A stretch of 64,000 nucleotides of DNA, from NCBI GenBank assembly GCA_902560275.1, contig CACELJ010000002.1:41-64040 (forward strand), in the 5' to 3' direction. Position numbers and translations under genes: made by a program. The stretch is from an uncultured SAR86 cluster bacterium. Its GTDB lineage: Bacteria; Pseudomonadota; Gammaproteobacteria; Magnimaribacterales; AG-339-G14. Positions 20,241 to 30,852 of this stretch are shown in pieces; the first letter of the stretch is position 1; the number at the start of each line of letters is the position of its first letter. The notes under the pieces were generated by a model. The model had not been told where the DNA came from. It made no database searches and saw nothing but the letters and a program-made list of their open reading frames with translations.

Positions 20241-20573
20241 TTAATTACTTATTTTTAGGTTTATATGGCATGTCTTTTTTTCGATACGATCTGCCCTTCC
20301 TCGAGCTCTAGCCCTTATTCTTTTCATGATCAAAGCTTCATCAACAGAAATGTGGCTAACAAACAAAGTATCGATATCTAAACCATAATTATTTTCTGCA
20401 GAAGAAATAGCTGAGTCCAAAAGTTTTTTTAAATTTCTAGAACCAGACTTTGGACTAAAAGTAAGAATATCCAATGCCTCATCAACTTTTTTGCCACGAA
20501 TTTGATCTGCCAATAGTCTTATCTTTGAAGCTGAAGACTTAAATCTAGATAATTTTGCTGATACTTCTGTCAT
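20241..20573 (-). CDS. rplV: 50S ribosomal protein L22
   Basis: 110 aa, [24 protein letters not shown]. Confidence 0.96.
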   Translation of the reverse strand: MTEVSAKLSRFKSSASKIRLLADQIRGKKVDEALDILTFSPKSGSRNLKKLLDSAISSAENNYGLDIDTLFVSHISVDEALIMKRIRARARGRADRIEKKTCHINLKISN

Positions 20574-20842
20574 TAAGCTTTCCTGTCGCCTGAGTGTTGT
20601 TTAAAAGTTCTGGTAGGAACAAATTCACCTAACTTATGTCCAACCATGTCCTCTTGAATGAATATAGGAACGTGTTGCCTACCGTTATGGATGGAGATTG
20701 TTAAGCCGACCATTTCTGGAGAGATCAGTGACCTTCTAGACCATGTCTTGATGGGTCTCTTGTCTTTGGACTCGACAGCTTTTGAGACTTTATCCATCAA
20801 ATGATGATCGATAAACGGACCTTTTTTTATTGAGCGCGGCAT
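20573..20842 (-). CDS. rpsS: 30S ribosomal protein S19
   Basis: [15 protein letters not shown] and GHKLGEF motifs. Confidence 0.98.
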   Translation of the reverse strand: MPRSIKKGPFIDHHLMDKVSKAVESKDKRPIKTWSRRSLISPEMVGLTISIHNGRQHVPIFIQEDMVGHKLGEFVPTRTFKQHSGDRKA

Positions 20843-20844
20843 GT

Positions 20845-21669
20845 CTATTTCTTCCTTCTTCTAATGATTTGTTTATCTGTTCTCTTATTGCTTCTTGTTC
20901 TGTAGCCTTTCGTAGGAACTCCCCAAGGTGATACGGGATGCCTACCTCCAGAAGTTCTTCCTTCTCCTCCACCATGCGGATGATCTATAGGGTTCATTGC
21001 AACACCTCTTACGGTGGGCCTAACTCCCAACCATCTTTTTGCTCCTGCTTTACCAATAGATTTTAAAGAATGCTCAGAATTAGACACTGTTCCAAGAACA
21101 GCCCTACATTCGACAGGCACTCTTCTTACCTCTCCGCTTTTCATTCTTAGGGTTGCTGTATTTCCTTCTTTTGCAACAAATTGAACATAGGATCCAGCAC
21201 TTCTTGCTATTTGAGCACCTTTTTTCGGTTTGAGCTCCACGCAATGAATAGTAGAACCTACAGGGATAAAATTAAGATCAAGGGCATTCCCTACTTTGAT
21301 TGGAGCATCGTTACCAGATTGGACCGTATCTCCTTGATTTAGGCCGGAGGGAGCAATAATGTATCTACGTTCACCATCTGAATATAACAATAAAGCTATA
21401 TGAGCTGATCTATTAGGATCGTATTCAATTCTTTCTACAGTAGCGGGTATCCCGTCTTTTGTTCGTTTAAAGTCAATGATTCTATAATGTTGTTTATGTC
21501 CACCACCTTGGTGTCTTACGGTTATTCTTCCCCTATTGTTTCTTCCGCCATTTTTACTTTTTGTAGCCAATAAAGGAGCATGGGGTTTACCTTTATGAAT
21601 GGTCTGATCTACTTGGAAGCTTCTAAATCTTCTTCCCGCAGATGTTGGTTTTGCTCTAACTACAGTCAT
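20845..21669 (-). CDS. rplB: 50S ribosomal protein L2
   Basis: 274 aa, [16 protein letters not shown] and [14 protein letters not shown] motifs. Confidence 0.98.
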   Translation of the reverse strand: MTVVRAKPTSAGRRFRSFQVDQTIHKGKPHAPLLATKSKNGGRNNRGRITVRHQGGGHKQHYRIIDFKRTKDGIPATVERIEYDPNRSAHIALLLYSDGERRYIIAPSGLNQGDTVQSGNDAPIKVGNALDLNFIPVGSTIHCVELKPKKGAQIARSAGSYVQFVAKEGNTATLRMKSGEVRRVPVECRAVLGTVSNSEHSLKSIGKAGAKRWLGVRPTVRGVAMNPIDHPHGGGEGRTSGGRHPVSPWGVPTKGYRTRSNKRTDKQIIRRRKK

Positions 21670-21671
21670 TT

Positions 21672-21968
21672 TTATTCAATTGATAAATCTATTTGATTGC
21701 CTTCCTTAAGAAAAACATAAGCTTTCTTCCAATCGCTTTTTTTTCTAATTTTATTCTTGAGTGTTCTTTTTGTTTTGCCTTTGACGTTCACAATATTTAC
21801 TTTTTCAACTTCAACTTTATATAAAGATTCTATTGCTTTTTTTACTTGAAGCTTGTTAGCAGAAGAAGAAACTTTAAAAACGTAACTATTTGCATTTTGA
21901 ATAGCTAAAGAAGCTTTCTCAGAAAGATGAGATGAATTTAATACTTTTAATGGGTGCAATTGACTCAT
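21672..21968 (-). CDS. rplW: 50S ribosomal protein L23
   Basis: 98 aa, [30 protein letters not shown]. Position between rplD and rplB. Confidence 0.95.
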   Translation of the reverse strand: MSQLHPLKVLNSSHLSEKASLAIQNANSYVFKVSSSANKLQVKKAIESLYKVEVEKVNIVNVKGKTKRTLKNKIRKKSDWKKAYVFLKEGNQIDLSIE

Positions 21969-22570
21969 GAATATGCCCCTATTATTTTTTCTAAAGATTT
22001 ATCTGTGAGTAGGATTTTTTCATGTGAAATTAAATCTACCGGATTAATTTGATCAACCGTAGTGATATCAATATTTTTTAAATTCCTAGATGCTAAATGA
22101 AGATTTTCAGAAATCTCATCTAAAATTATCGTTATAGAAGAAGTCTCAAATGGAGAGATTAATTCTAATAATTTTTTTGTTTTTGGTTCATCTAGAGAAA
22201 AATCTTTTACCATGATTATTCTTTCCTCTTTAGCTAATTTGGATAGGATTGATTTAATCCCATTTTTAAACATCTTTTTATTTATTTTTTTCTTTGTAAG
22301 TTGAGGTCTAGCGGCAAATGTAACACCACCTGATCTCCAAATCGGTCCACGAGTTGTTCCGGCTCTTGCTCTACCGGTTCCTTTTTGTCTCCAAGGTTTT
22401 TTCCCGCCACCGCTGACATCAGATCTATTTTTTTGAGCTTTAGTGCCACTGTGATTATTTGAAATTACAGTGTTAACTAGTTGATGAACAAGATCCTCAT
22501 TAAAATCTTGTTCAAATATAGTCTCAGGCAAATCTGCTGATGTTTTTTCTTTGTAATATGTTAGCTGCAT
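21965..22570 (-). CDS. rplD: 50S ribosomal protein L4
   Basis: The KPWRQKGTGRARAGTTRGPIWRSGG motif is present. Confidence 0.97.
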   Translation of the reverse strand: MQLTYYKEKTSADLPETIFEQDFNEDLVHQLVNTVISNNHSGTKAQKNRSDVSGGGKKPWRQKGTGRARAGTTRGPIWRSGGVTFAARPQLTKKKINKKMFKNGIKSILSKLAKEERIIMVKDFSLDEPKTKKLLELISPFETSSITIILDEISENLHLASRNLKNIDITTVDQINPVDLISHEKILLTDKSLEKIIGAYS

Positions 22571-22575
22571 GGTTA

Positions 22576-23211
22576 TTAGTTTTTAGTTGCTGGCTTTATG
22601 ATGACGGGTGAACCTTTGGATCCAGGTAAAGCACCTTTAACTAAAATAAGATTATTTTCTGCATCTATTTTTTGTATTTTTAAATTCTGTGTTGTTTGGC
22701 GGGTGTTTCCTAGATGGCCTGCCATCTTTTTTCCCTTCCAAACTCTTCCTGGAGTTTGACATTGACCAATAGATCCCGGTTTCCTATGCGCTAGGGAATT
22801 TCCGTGTGTTGCATCTTGTGTTGCAAAATTCCAACGTTTGACCGTCCCAGCAAAGCCTTTCCCTTTCGTTGTTCCGGTAACATCGATAATCTGACCCTCT
22901 TCAAAAATGTTTAATTCCAATGATTGACCTAGTTCAATATTTTCTAAGTCTGATTCCTGGATTCGGAATTCTTTAATAGTTTTTGCTGAGGGAGTGTTTG
23001 ATTTATTGAGATGGGCTTTTTCGGGTTTTGTGAGATGTTTTTCTTTTTTGGTTCCGGTAGATATTTGTACTGATGAGTAACCTTCTGAATCAATTTTTTT
23101 TATTTGAGTCACAACATTGGAGTCGATTTTTACCACGGTAACAGGCACGGAATTTCCATCTTCTGTGAAAACCCGGGACATACCTTCTTTTATGCCTATC
23201 AATCCAATCAT
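22576..23211 (-). CDS. rplC: 50S ribosomal protein L3
   Basis: MIGLIGIKEGMSRVFTEDG and TKGKGFAGTVKRWNF motifs. Confidence 0.98.
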   Translation of the reverse strand: MIGLIGIKEGMSRVFTEDGNSVPVTVVKIDSNVVTQIKKIDSEGYSSVQISTGTKKEKHLTKPEKAHLNKSNTPSAKTIKEFRIQESDLENIELGQSLELNIFEEGQIIDVTGTTKGKGFAGTVKRWNFATQDATHGNSLAHRKPGSIGQCQTPGRVWKGKKMAGHLGNTRQTTQNLKIQKIDAENNLILVKGALPGSKGSPVIIKPATKN

Positions 23212-23212
23212 C

Positions 23213-23536
23213 TTATTTACTTAACTCATCTAGTGAGATTTGAACGTCAACCCCAGCGGAAAGATCAAGCTTCATTAAAGCATCGACAGTTTTTTCAGTG
23301 GGCTTGATGATATCCATCACTCTTTTATAGGTTCTAATTTCATATTGATCTCTTGCATCTTTATCCTTATGCGGCGAGATTAATACAGTAGTGCGACTTT
23401 TTTTGACAGGCATTGGTATTGGTCCTTTAACAACCGCGCCAGTTCTTTTAACAGTATCAACAATTTCTCTTGCCGATTTATCAATTAATTTATTGTCAAA
23501 AGCTTTGAGCCGAATTCTAATATTCTGGTCTTGCAA
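23213..23536 (-). CDS. rpsJ: 30S ribosomal protein S10 (TTG start)
   Basis: (M)[18 protein letters not shown] aligns with E. coli [18 protein letters not shown] at 23536-23534 has GGAGG 5 nt upstream. The track start at 23548 is also TTG but falls on the SD. Confidence 0.9.
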   Translation of the reverse strand: MQDQNIRIRLKAFDNKLIDKSAREIVDTVKRTGAVVKGPIPMPVKKSRTTVLISPHKDKDARDQYEIRTYKRVMDIIKPTEKTVDALMKLDLSAGVDVQISLDELSK

Positions 23537-23574
23537 ACCAACCTCCAAAAGTAATAAATATCTGTTAAAGAACT

Positions 23575-23598
23575 AATCGATTTATCCGTAAATCGATT
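23575..23598 (-). promoter_or_regulatory. Hairpin in the rpsJ 5' leader (candidate S10-leader attenuator element)
   Basis: AATCGATT (23575-23582) and AATCGATT (23591-23598) are self-complementary, giving an 8-bp stem with an 8-nt loop. The RNA sense is followed by AGUUCUUUAA. It lies between the predicted S10 promoter and rpsJ. Confidence 0.35.
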
Positions 23599-23622
23599 CA
23601 TCCATCTCACGGACGAGCGGCA

Positions 23623-23651
23623 ATTCTATTGGGACATCGATGCGATGTCAA
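23623..23651 (-). promoter_or_regulatory. Candidate S10-operon promoter (TTGACA-17-TAGAAT)
   Basis: The minus strand reads TTGACA tcgcatcgatgtcccaa TAGAAT, starting 8 nt after the fusA stop. It would give a leader of about 80 nt to rpsJ. Confidence 0.5.
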
Positions 23652-23659
23652 CAAGCGTA

Positions 23660-25777
23660 TTAGCTTTTATTTATGATGGATTCAGCAACGTTATTGGGGA
23701 CTTCAGCGTACTTTAGAGGCTCCATGGTAAACGTTGCTCTACCTTGAGTTGCAGATCTTAAATCAGTTGCATAGCCAAACATTTCAGCAAGCGGAACTTC
23801 TCCATTGAGAGCCTTACCAGATGGTATATCATTCATTCCTTGGACAATTCCTCTTCTTCTATTTAAATCTCCAACGACATCTCCCATGTACTCTTCTGGA
23901 GTCACAACTTCTAACTTCATAATCGGTTCAAGTAAAACCGGCTTAGCTCTCATAGCTCCATCTTTTAGAGCCTGTGAAGCAGCAACTTTAAAAGCTATCT
24001 CACTTGAATCTACATCATGGAAAGAACCATCATAGAGTGTTACTTTTACATCGATTAAGGGATAACCAGCAATTACACCGGCTTCCATTTGCTCTTGGAC
24101 GCCCTTGTCTACAGCTGGTATGAATTCTCTTGGAATGGTTCCACCAACAATAGAATTAACAAATTCATAGATATCTTTATCTTCTTCTTCCGTCTCTTCG
24201 TGAACTAAGGGTTCAATTTTTATCCAAACGTGTCCGTATTGCCCTTTACCACCCGATTGTCTTACAAACTTTCCTTCAGACTCAACCATTTGCCTAATTG
24301 TTTCTCTATAAGCTACCTGAGGCTTACCAATGTTAGCTTCAACATCAAACTCACGTTTCATCCTGTCAACGATTACGTCTAAATGAAGCTCTCCCATACC
24401 GGATATTATCGTTTGACCTGATTCTTCATCACTATTCACTCTAAAAGATGGATCCTCTTGAGCTAGCCTTCCTAAGGCGGTAGACATTTTTTCCTGATCT
24501 GTTTTAGTTTTTGGTTCAACGGCAACTGAAATCACTGGCTCTGGGAATGTCATCTTCTCCAAAATGATAGCCTTATCTCTATCGCAAAGAGTTTCTCCTG
24601 TGCTGACGTCCTTCAAACCTATTACTGCACATATATCACCTGCCCTTACTTCAGATATTTCTGTTCTGTTGTTAGCGTGCATCTGCAACATCCTACCGAT
24701 TCTTTCTTTGGATCTTCGAGATGGCGAATAAACGGAATCTCCAGATGATAAAACACCTGAATAGACTCTTATGAAGGTTAAAGTGCCTACAAATGGATCT
24801 GTAGCAATCTTGAAAGCAAGGGCTGAGAATGGCTCCTCGTCGCTAGAAGACCTCTGATCTTCAGTTTCTTCATCTTCCAAAACACCTTTAATAGCTTCAA
24901 CCTCATCAGGAGATGGCAGATAATTGATTACCGCGTCTAGTACGCACTGAACTCCTTTATTTTTAAATGCTGAACCACACAGACATAAAACTATTTCATT
25001 GGCTAAGGTTCTTTGTCTCAGTCCTGCGATGATTTCTTCTTCAGTAAGATCTCCATTTTCGAGATACTTATCCATTAAATCTTCTGAAGCCTCAGCGGCA
25101 GATTCAAGCATCTGCTCTCTGTAATCTTCACACTCAGCTAACATTGATTCAGGAATATCTTCTTCCCTATAGGATTTCCCCATATCATCAAGGTCAAAAT
25201 AAAGAGCTTTCATTGAAATTAAATCAACCATTCCTTCAAAGTCATCTTCTGCACCGATTGGTAGGTTGATAGGAACTGGTGAGGCGCCTAATCTATCTTT
25301 CATTTGCTGAACAACATTAAGAAAGTTTGCTCCAGCTCTATCCATTTTGTTAATGAAAGCAATTCTAGGAACCTTATAACGATTTGCTTGTCTCCAAACT
25401 GTTTCAGACTGGGGTTCAACTCCTGAGCTACCGCAGAAAACAACAACTGCTCCATCCAGTACTCTCAAAGATCTTTCAACTTCGATAGTAAAATCTACGT
25501 GACCAGGTGTATCAATAATATTGACTCGGTGTTCATCAAATTGTTGTTTCATTCCCTTCCAGAAACAAGTTGTAGCAGCTGATGTTATGGTAATACCTCT
25601 TTCTTGCTCCTGCTCCATCCAATCCATAGTCGCAGCGCCATCATGGACTTCTCCAATTTTGTGAGAAATACCTGTGTAATATAGAACCCTTTCTGTAGTT
25701 GTTGTTTTTCCGGCATCTACGTGGGCGCAAATACCGATATTTCTATATAGTTTAAGTGGAACTTTTCTGCCGCTCAT
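23660..25777 (-). CDS. fusA: Elongation factor G
   Basis: 705 aa. [26 protein letters not shown] is the G1 region. Follows rpsG. Confidence 0.98.
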   Translation of the reverse strand: MSGRKVPLKLYRNIGICAHVDAGKTTTTERVLYYTGISHKIGEVHDGAATMDWMEQEQERGITITSAATTCFWKGMKQQFDEHRVNIIDTPGHVDFTIEVERSLRVLDGAVVVFCGSSGVEPQSETVWRQANRYKVPRIAFINKMDRAGANFLNVVQQMKDRLGASPVPINLPIGAEDDFEGMVDLISMKALYFDLDDMGKSYREEDIPESMLAECEDYREQMLESAAEASEDLMDKYLENGDLTEEEIIAGLRQRTLANEIVLCLCGSAFKNKGVQCVLDAVINYLPSPDEVEAIKGVLEDEETEDQRSSSDEEPFSALAFKIATDPFVGTLTFIRVYSGVLSSGDSVYSPSRRSKERIGRMLQMHANNRTEISEVRAGDICAVIGLKDVSTGETLCDRDKAIILEKMTFPEPVISVAVEPKTKTDQEKMSTALGRLAQEDPSFRVNSDEESGQTIISGMGELHLDVIVDRMKREFDVEANIGKPQVAYRETIRQMVESEGKFVRQSGGKGQYGHVWIKIEPLVHEETEEEDKDIYEFVNSIVGGTIPREFIPAVDKGVQEQMEAGVIAGYPLIDVKVTLYDGSFHDVDSSEIAFKVAASQALKDGAMRAKPVLLEPIMKLEVVTPEEYMGDVVGDLNRRRGIVQGMNDIPSGKALNGEVPLAEMFGYATDLRSATQGRATFTMEPLKYAEVPNNVAESIINKS

Positions 25778-25798
25778 ATTTAAATTGTGTTTATCTTA

Positions 25799-26269
25799 TT
25801 AAAATCTGAAATGTGAAAATGCCTTATTTGCATCAGCCATTTTGTGGGTATCTTGTCTCTTTTTGACAGCTTCTCCCCTGCCGTCTGACGCGTCAAGTAA
25901 TTCGTTAGCTAACTTGTCAGCCATTTTCTTTTCTGATCTTTTTTTCGCACTGGTCACTAACCATCTCATTGCAAGAGCCATTTTTCTGGAAGACTTTACT
26001 TCTATTGGAACTTGATAAGTTGCTCCACCTACTCTTCTGGATTTAACTTCAACTTGAGGTGCAACTTGGTCTAAAGCATCGTCAAATACTTTTAAAGGAT
26101 CTTGTTTAGATTTGGCAGAGATTTGATCTAAAGCAGAGTACATTATTTTCTCAGCAACACTTTTTTTTCCGCGTTGCATAATCTGATTAATAAACTTTGC
26201 AACTTTAATGCTGTTAAATTTTGGATCAGCAAGTATGTCTCTTTTTGGAACTGGACCTTTTCTTGGCAT
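25799..26269 (-). CDS. rpsG: 30S ribosomal protein S7
   Basis: [18 protein letters not shown] is the canonical S7 N-terminus. Confidence 0.98.
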   Translation of the reverse strand: MPRKGPVPKRDILADPKFNSIKVAKFINQIMQRGKKSVAEKIMYSALDQISAKSKQDPLKVFDDALDQVAPQVEVKSRRVGGATYQVPIEVKSSRKMALAMRWLVTSAKKRSEKKMADKLANELLDASDGRGEAVKKRQDTHKMADANKAFSHFRF

Positions 26270-26277
26270 ATTTTGAA

Positions 26278-26649
26278 TTATTTAGGTTTTTTGGATCCGT
26301 ATTTAGATCTTCTTTGCTTTCTGTCATCGACTCCCGAAGTATCAAGAGTACCTCTGACGGTATGGTATCTAACACCAGGTAGGTCTTTTACTCTTCCGCC
26401 TCTTAGAAGAACAACAGAGTGCTCTTGCAAGTTATGACCTTCTCCGCCGATGTAGGAAATAACTTCGTAACCTGAAGTCAATCTGACTTTACAAACTTTT
26501 CTAAGAGCTGAATTAGGCTTCTTTGGAGTTGTAGTATAAACACGAGTACAGACACCCCTTCTTTGAGGACATCTATTTAGAGCTGGAACATCCGACTTTG
26601 CAGATTTACTCTTTCTTGGTTTTTTTATTAGTTGATTAACAGTAGCCAT
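26278..26649 (-). CDS. rpsL: 30S ribosomal protein S12
   Basis: [13 protein letters not shown] and [20 protein letters not shown] motifs. Confidence 0.98.
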   Translation of the reverse strand: MATVNQLIKKPRKSKSAKSDVPALNRCPQRRGVCTRVYTTTPKKPNSALRKVCKVRLTSGYEVISYIGGEGHNLQEHSVVLLRGGRVKDLPGVRYHTVRGTLDTSGVDDRKQRRSKYGSKKPK

Positions 26650-26660
26650 TTTGGTTTGCG

Positions 26661-26689
26661 ATTTTAGATATGAAGAAAGCCTAGGTCAA
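26661..26689 (-). promoter_or_regulatory. Candidate str-operon promoter (TTGACC-17-TAAAAT)
   Basis: The minus strand reads TTGACC taggctttcttcatatc TAAAAT inside the 47-nt rpoC-rpsL spacer. Only 11 nt lie between the -10 and the rpsL ATG. Confidence 0.45.
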
Positions 26690-26696
26690 ACATTAT

Positions 26697-29600
26697 TTAA
26701 TTATCCTCAGAGATCTCCGTTCCTTCCATAGCTTCGGCTAGCTCCATTTCCAAGTTAGATTGAATTTCATCTTTTTCTGCATAGAAACCAGTACCAGCAG
26801 GAATTAATTTTCCAATAATTACATTTTCTTTGAGTCCTCTAAGCTTATCAATTTTGCCTGTCACAGCTGCTTCTGTTAGAACTCTTGTTGTTTCTTGAAA
26901 AGATGCGGCTGATACAAATGAGTCAGTTGCAAGTGAAGCTTTAGTAATTCCAAGAAGAATTCTGTCAAATTCTATTAAAGCTTTTCCATCCTCGGAAAGA
27001 GTTTTATTTTTTTCAGCGACTGCAGATAGTTCGGCCTGTTCGCCTAAAATAAAGTCAGAATCGCCAGGATCAGTAATTTCAACTTTTCTTAGCATTTGCC
27101 TCAAAATCACTTCTATATGTTTATCAGATATCTCAACTCCTTGGAGCCTATAAACATCTTGTATCTCGTTTACGACGTAATCGGTAAGCTCTTCAACTCC
27201 TTTTAGGGCAAGAATATCGTGAGGGCTTAGAGGTCCATCACTTACTACATCTCCTTTGCTGACCATCTCTCCTTCGAAAACATTAATATTTCTTGTTTTA
27301 GGAATAAGAGTCTCTGAAGTTACTTCCTCCTTGCCATCCATTTTTGTTATGACTAATCTTCTTTTTCCCTTAGTTTCCTTACCCCAAGAAACCACCCCAG
27401 ACATATCAGCTAGAATTGCTTCCTCTTTAGGTTTTCTAGCTTCAAATAAATCTGCAACTCTTGGTAAGCCACCAGTAATATCTCTAGTTTTAGATGATTC
27501 TTTAGGAATACGAGCAATGACATCACCAACTTTAATTTTTGAATTATTTGTCAAGCCAAGAATAGAGTTACCTTCAAGAGAATATACAGCAGCGTGCTTG
27601 CCTCCAGGTAAAGTAACTTCTTTTCCTTTTTCATCCATAATACTTACAGATGGACTTAGCTCCTTACCTGATGAAGATCTTTCAGAAACATCCAAGACTT
27701 GAGTACTACTCAATCCGGTTAAATCATCCTGAATTGTTTTGACTGTTATGCCTTCTTCCATATCGGATAATTTAACTTTGCCTTGAACTTCAGAAATTAT
27801 AGGTCTCGTATGTGGATCCCAAGATGCAATTATATCTCCCGCCTTGGCTTGGTCTCCATCATTGACAGAAATAATAGCTCCATAAGGAACCTTGTATCTT
27901 TCTTTCTCCTGACCATTTTCATCCGATACCGATATCTCAGCTGATCTAGATATACATACATTTTTCTTTTCTCTATTTACAAGTGAATTAAGATTTGTGT
28001 ATTTGACACTACCGTCGTATTTAATTTGGACTTTATCTTCCTCAGAAGACCTCGAGGCTGCACCTCCAATATGGAAAGTTCTCATCGTTAATTGTGTGCC
28101 TGGCTCACCTATTGATTGAGCGGCTACAATTCCTACAGCTTCTCCAGGGTCAACAAGATTCCCTCTTCCTAAGTCTCTTCCATAACACATTGAGCATATT
28201 CCATATGCTGTTTCACAAGTTATAGGAGATCTGACAAAGATTGAATCTATAGAATGATTTCCTAATTCTTGTGCAATAGCCTCATCGATAACAGTATTTG
28301 CAGGTAACTTAAATGCTCCGTCTGCTGAAGAAACTTCTTTTGCAGTGACTCTACCTAAAACTCTATCTTTAAGCTCAAGTACAGTTTCACCTCCTTCGAT
28401 AATTGATTTGATTTCAATACCCTTTTTAGTCTCACAATCAACTTCTCTTACCACTAAATCTTGTGCCACATCAACTAATCTTCTAGTTAAATAACCAGAG
28501 TTAGCAGTTTTCAGGGCAGTATCTGCCAATCCTTTTCTTGCTCCATGAGTAGAAGTGAAATATTGCAATACTGTCAATCCTTCCCTGAAATTTGCAGTTA
28601 TAGGAGTTTCAATAATTGATCCGTCTGGCTTAGCCATAAGACCTCTCATTCCTGCAAGCTGTCTTACTTGTGCGGGTGAACTTCTTGCACCAGAATCCAA
28701 GTACATGTAAACAGAGTTAAAGGAATCTTGATCAACCTCTTCTCCATCTTTGTTTGTAACTTTTTCTTTTGAGATAGTATCCATTAGAGAGTTTGCTACT
28801 TTTTCATTAGCACGAGACCAAATATCAATGACCTTATTGTATTTTTCACCTTGGGTCACTAAACCAGATGAGTATTGAGCCTCAATATCTTTTACCTCTT
28901 GTTCAGATTTTTCAATAATTTCGGCCTTATCCTCCGGGATTAGACAATCATCAACACAAATTGAAGAGCCGGATTTAGTAGAGTATTCATAACCTTGATA
29001 CATGAGTTGATCCGCAAAAATTACAGTATCTTTCAAACCACAATCTCTGTAGCAAGTATTTATTAAATCGGAAATGCCTTTGCTGGTTAAAGTATTATTA
29101 AAATGTTCAAAATTTAATCCATCTGGGGAGATTTGATAAAGTAATGCTCTTCCAACTGTAGTATCTTTAAGTTCAGTTTGACCTTCTTTATCTTTGATCC
29201 TTACTTTAACTTTTGCCTGAAGTTCAACTGCATGTGTTTCAAAAGCTCTTGATACTTCTTTAACGTCTGCAAATATAGATCCCTCTCCTTTTGCATTAAT
29301 TTTTTCTCTTGTCATATAGTAAATTCCTAACACAACATCTTGGGATGGATCTATGATTGGCCTACCATTTGAAGGTGAAAGAATATTGTTACTAGCCATA
29401 AGCAAGGCACGGCATTCAAGTTGAGCTTCTAAAGTTAGCGGAACGTGAACAGCCATTTGATCGCCATCGAAATCTGCGTTGTAAGCTTTACAAACTAGAG
29501 GATGTAATTGGATGGCTTTACCTTCAATAAGTAATGGTTCAAAAGCCTGAATTCCCAATCTATGAAGTGTTGGAGCTCTATTTAAAAGAATAGGATGTTC

Positions 29601-30848
29601 CTTTATAACGTCGGCTAAAATATCCCAAACAACAGGCTCTTCTCTCTCGACCATCCTTTTTGCACCTTTGATAGTAGTTGCTAGCTCAAGATTTTGAAGC
29701 TTCCCAAATACAAATGGTTTGAAAAGTTCAAGAGCCATTTTTTTAGGTAGACCACATTGATGCAATTTTAAAGTAGGTCCGACCACGATCACTGAACGGC
29801 CAGAATAATCAACCCTTTTTCCTAAAAGGTTTTGTCTAAATCTTCCTTGCTTACCTTTTATCATGTCAGCTAAAGATTTGAGAGGTCGTTTATTCGAACC
29901 AGTTATAGCTCTTCCTCTTCTTCCATTATCTAAAAGAGCGTCAACTGATTCTTGGAGCATTCTTTTTTCATTTCTTACAATAATTTCGGGAGCATTGAGT
30001 TCCATTAATCTTTTAAGCCTATTGTTTCTGTTTATCACTCTTCTGTATAAGTCGTTGAGATCTGAAGTAGCAAATCTTCCTCCTTCAAGAGGAACCAAAG
30101 GTCTTAAGTCTGGTGGCAATACAGGCAACACATCCAGGATCATCCATTCAGGTTTATTGGATGAATTACTGAATGATTTTATGATTTTCATTCTTTTAGA
30201 AAGTTTTTTTATTTTTGCTTCAGACTTGGTTTCTGTCATTTGTTGTTCAATCAAAGCAATTTCCTCTTCTAAATCCATCTCCATTAGCAGTGTCTTAACT
30301 GCCTCTGCTCCCATTCCTGCCCTGAATTCTTCACCATAATTTTCAAGAGCCTCGTAATACTCTTCTTCATCTAAAATCTGACAGCTTTCAAGATCTGTCA
30401 TTCCTGGATCAGTAACTACAAAAGATTCAAAATATAGAATTCTTTCTAATTCTCTTAGCGTCATATCTAAAAGTAGAGCAATTCTTGAAGGTAGAGATTT
30501 TAGAAACCAAATGTGGGCAACGGGCGCGGCTAGTTCAATATGCCCCATTCTTTCTCTTCTAACTTTAGCAAGTGTGACTTCAACTCCACATTTTTCACAA
30601 ACTACTCCCCGATGCTTCATCCTTTTGTATTTGCCACATATGCATTCGTAATCCTTTATGGGACCGAAAATCTTTGCGCAAAAAAGACCGTCTCTTTCAG
30701 GCTTAAATGTTCTGTAGTTTATTGTTTCTGGTTTTTTTACTTCCCCAAAAGACCATGATCTTATTTGTTGGGGTGAAGCCAAACCTGCTTTGATGGCATT
30801 GAAATCTTCTTGTTCGCCTTGGTTGAATAATTTTAATAAATCTTTCAT
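26697..30848 (-). CDS. rpoC: DNA-directed RNA polymerase subunit beta'
   Basis: [10 protein letters not shown]... start at 30848, 4 nt after the rpoB stop. Zn-finger [23 protein letters not shown] and catalytic [12 protein letters not shown] are present. The track start at 30878 overlaps rpoB. Confidence 0.98.
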   Translation of the reverse strand: MKDLLKLFNQGEQEDFNAIKAGLASPQQIRSWSFGEVKKPETINYRTFKPERDGLFCAKIFGPIKDYECICGKYKRMKHRGVVCEKCGVEVTLAKVRRERMGHIELAAPVAHIWFLKSLPSRIALLLDMTLRELERILYFESFVVTDPGMTDLESCQILDEEEYYEALENYGEEFRAGMGAEAVKTLLMEMDLEEEIALIEQQMTETKSEAKIKKLSKRMKIIKSFSNSSNKPEWMILDVLPVLPPDLRPLVPLEGGRFATSDLNDLYRRVINRNNRLKRLMELNAPEIIVRNEKRMLQESVDALLDNGRRGRAITGSNKRPLKSLADMIKGKQGRFRQNLLGKRVDYSGRSVIVVGPTLKLHQCGLPKKMALELFKPFVFGKLQNLELATTIKGAKRMVEREEPVVWDILADVIKEHPILLNRAPTLHRLGIQAFEPLLIEGKAIQLHPLVCKAYNADFDGDQMAVHVPLTLEAQLECRALLMASNNILSPSNGRPIIDPSQDVVLGIYYMTREKINAKGEGSIFADVKEVSRAFETHAVELQAKVKVRIKDKEGQTELKDTTVGRALLYQISPDGLNFEHFNNTLTSKGISDLINTCYRDCGLKDTVIFADQLMYQGYEYSTKSGSSICVDDCLIPEDKAEIIEKSEQEVKDIEAQYSSGLVTQGEKYNKVIDIWSRANEKVANSLMDTISKEKVTNKDGEEVDQDSFNSVYMYLDSGARSSPAQVRQLAGMRGLMAKPDGSIIETPITANFREGLTVLQYFTSTHGARKGLADTALKTANSGYLTRRLVDVAQDLVVREVDCETKKGIEIKSIIEGGETVLELKDRVLGRVTAKEVSSADGAFKLPANTVIDEAIAQELGNHSIDSIFVRSPITCETAYGICSMCYGRDLGRGNLVDPGEAVGIVAAQSIGEPGTQLTMRTFHIGGAASRSSEEDKVQIKYDGSVKYTNLNSLVNREKKNVCISRSAEISVSDENGQEKERYKVPYGAIISVNDGDQAKAGDIIASWDPHTRPIISEVQGKVKLSDMEEGITVKTIQDDLTGLSSTQVLDVSERSSSGKELSPSVSIMDEKGKEVTLPGGKHAAVYSLEGNSILGLTNNSKIKVGDVIARIPKESSKTRDITGGLPRVADLFEARKPKEEAILADMSGVVSWGKETKGKRRLVITKMDGKEEVTSETLIPKTRNINVFEGEMVSKGDVVSDGPLSPHDILALKGVEELTDYVVNEIQDVYRLQGVEISDKHIEVILRQMLRKVEITDPGDSDFILGEQAELSAVAEKNKTLSEDGKALIEFDRILLGITKASLATDSFVSAASFQETTRVLTEAAVTGKIDKLRGLKENVIIGKLIPAGTGFYAEKDEIQSNLEMELAEAMEGTEISEDN

Positions 30849-30852
30849 TAGA

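Noticed and set aside
20790-20975. 61-aa minus-strand ORF overlapping the rplB 3' end and the rpsS 5' end.
   Set aside because: It is an alternative frame across two conserved ribosomal protein genes, with no motif or start context.
27256-30339. Long plus-strand ORFs (148 aa at 27256-27702, 158 aa at 29863-30339, 72 aa at 30540-30758) antisense to rpoC. Similar antisense ORFs lie within rpoB, fusA, obg (4440-4817, PPFPP-rich), rpoA, tuf, rplL and others.
   Set aside because: They lie entirely inside strongly conserved genes on the other strand. Their low-complexity, S/L/P-rich composition is typical of mirror frames of real genes, and they have no recognisable motifs or translation signals.
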